IMG/VR virus record: IMGVR_UViG_2778261179_000021
Location: 1-35,334 of that record
DNA: 35,334 nt
Strand: one strand, 5' to 3'
From: a virus
Lineage: Duplodnaviria; Heunggongvirae; Uroviricota; Caudoviricetes
The notes under the pieces were generated by a model. It searched no databases. It saw nothing but the letters and a program-made list of their open reading frames with translations, and was not told where the DNA came from. Position numbers and translations under genes: made by a program. Below, piece by piece: positions 35,063 through 35,334 of this stretch (positions are counted from its first letter, which is position 1; each line of letters begins with the position of its first letter).

Positions 35063-35334
35063 TACTTCTTGCTGATAAACTCTTTAGCGATAAAGTTGAT
35101 TACTTCTTTCAGCTTCTTGTCTGTATCGATGCACGCTGGTAATTCTTCTTTAATATCCTGCGGCAGATACACATTGCCTTTAAAGTGGAGGAAACCATCA
35201 TTACCAATCATGTAGGAGAACATCCATTCACAATCGTTATCCGCTTCCCAGAACGCCACGGTCTCATCCCCAATCAAGGTAATGTCCATGTTGCGACGCG
35301 CTGCGTAGTTGATGATTGCTTTACCGATGTTCAT
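35062..35334 (-). CDS. hypothetical protein (90 aa or longer; start codon at the window edge)
   Basis: ORF runs to the last base of the window (…GATGTTCAT is the reverse complement of ATGAACATC); may extend upstream beyond the window. Confidence 0.5.
   Translation of the reverse strand: MNIGKAIINYAARRNMDITLIGDETVAFWEADNDCEWMFSYMIGNDGFLHFKGNVYLPQDIKEELPACIDTDKKLKEVINFIAKEFISKK

Noticed and set aside
1-35334. tRNA or rRNA genes
   Set aside because: No cloverleaf-compatible segment with a GTTCGA-type T-loop and matching acceptor stem was found by eye; no rRNA-like conserved blocks; this cannot be fully excluded without a dedicated scan.

Overview
This 35.3-kb window is dominated by a lambdoid-type siphovirus morphogenesis module on the + strand (about 8.4-29.6 kb): GpA-family large terminase, lambda-type portal, a fused prohead protease-scaffold-major capsid protein, neck proteins, a 1172-aa tail fibre with a C-terminal S74-type chaperone domain, putative major tail protein, G/GT chaperones, tape measure, minor tail proteins, an NlpC/P60 tail protein and a J-like central fibre. 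It is followed by a small lysis/accessory block with an M15-type peptidase endolysin, then a leftward operon containing a large serine recombinase flanked by small secreted and hydrophobic proteins. The first 8.3 kb is an AT-rich early/regulatory region: a HicB-like ORF that appears cut short in its HTH (possible host-prophage junction near nt 330), a DUF1311-like secreted protein, a Nu1-like putative small terminase, small membrane peptides, a Rha-family regulator, three paralogous small HTH-module proteins, and a 1.4-kb non-coding hub carrying LexA-like boxes, an iteron array and a repeat-flanked structured segment. The most unusual signal is that both the major capsid gene and the putative major tail gene end in TGA followed by a near-identical nucleotide block and an in-frame, related lysine-rich extension before a shared-type terminator, which suggests programmed stop-codon readthrough. 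No rRNA, tRNA or CRISPR array was seen. All functional calls are from reading the translations and motifs by eye; no database search was run.
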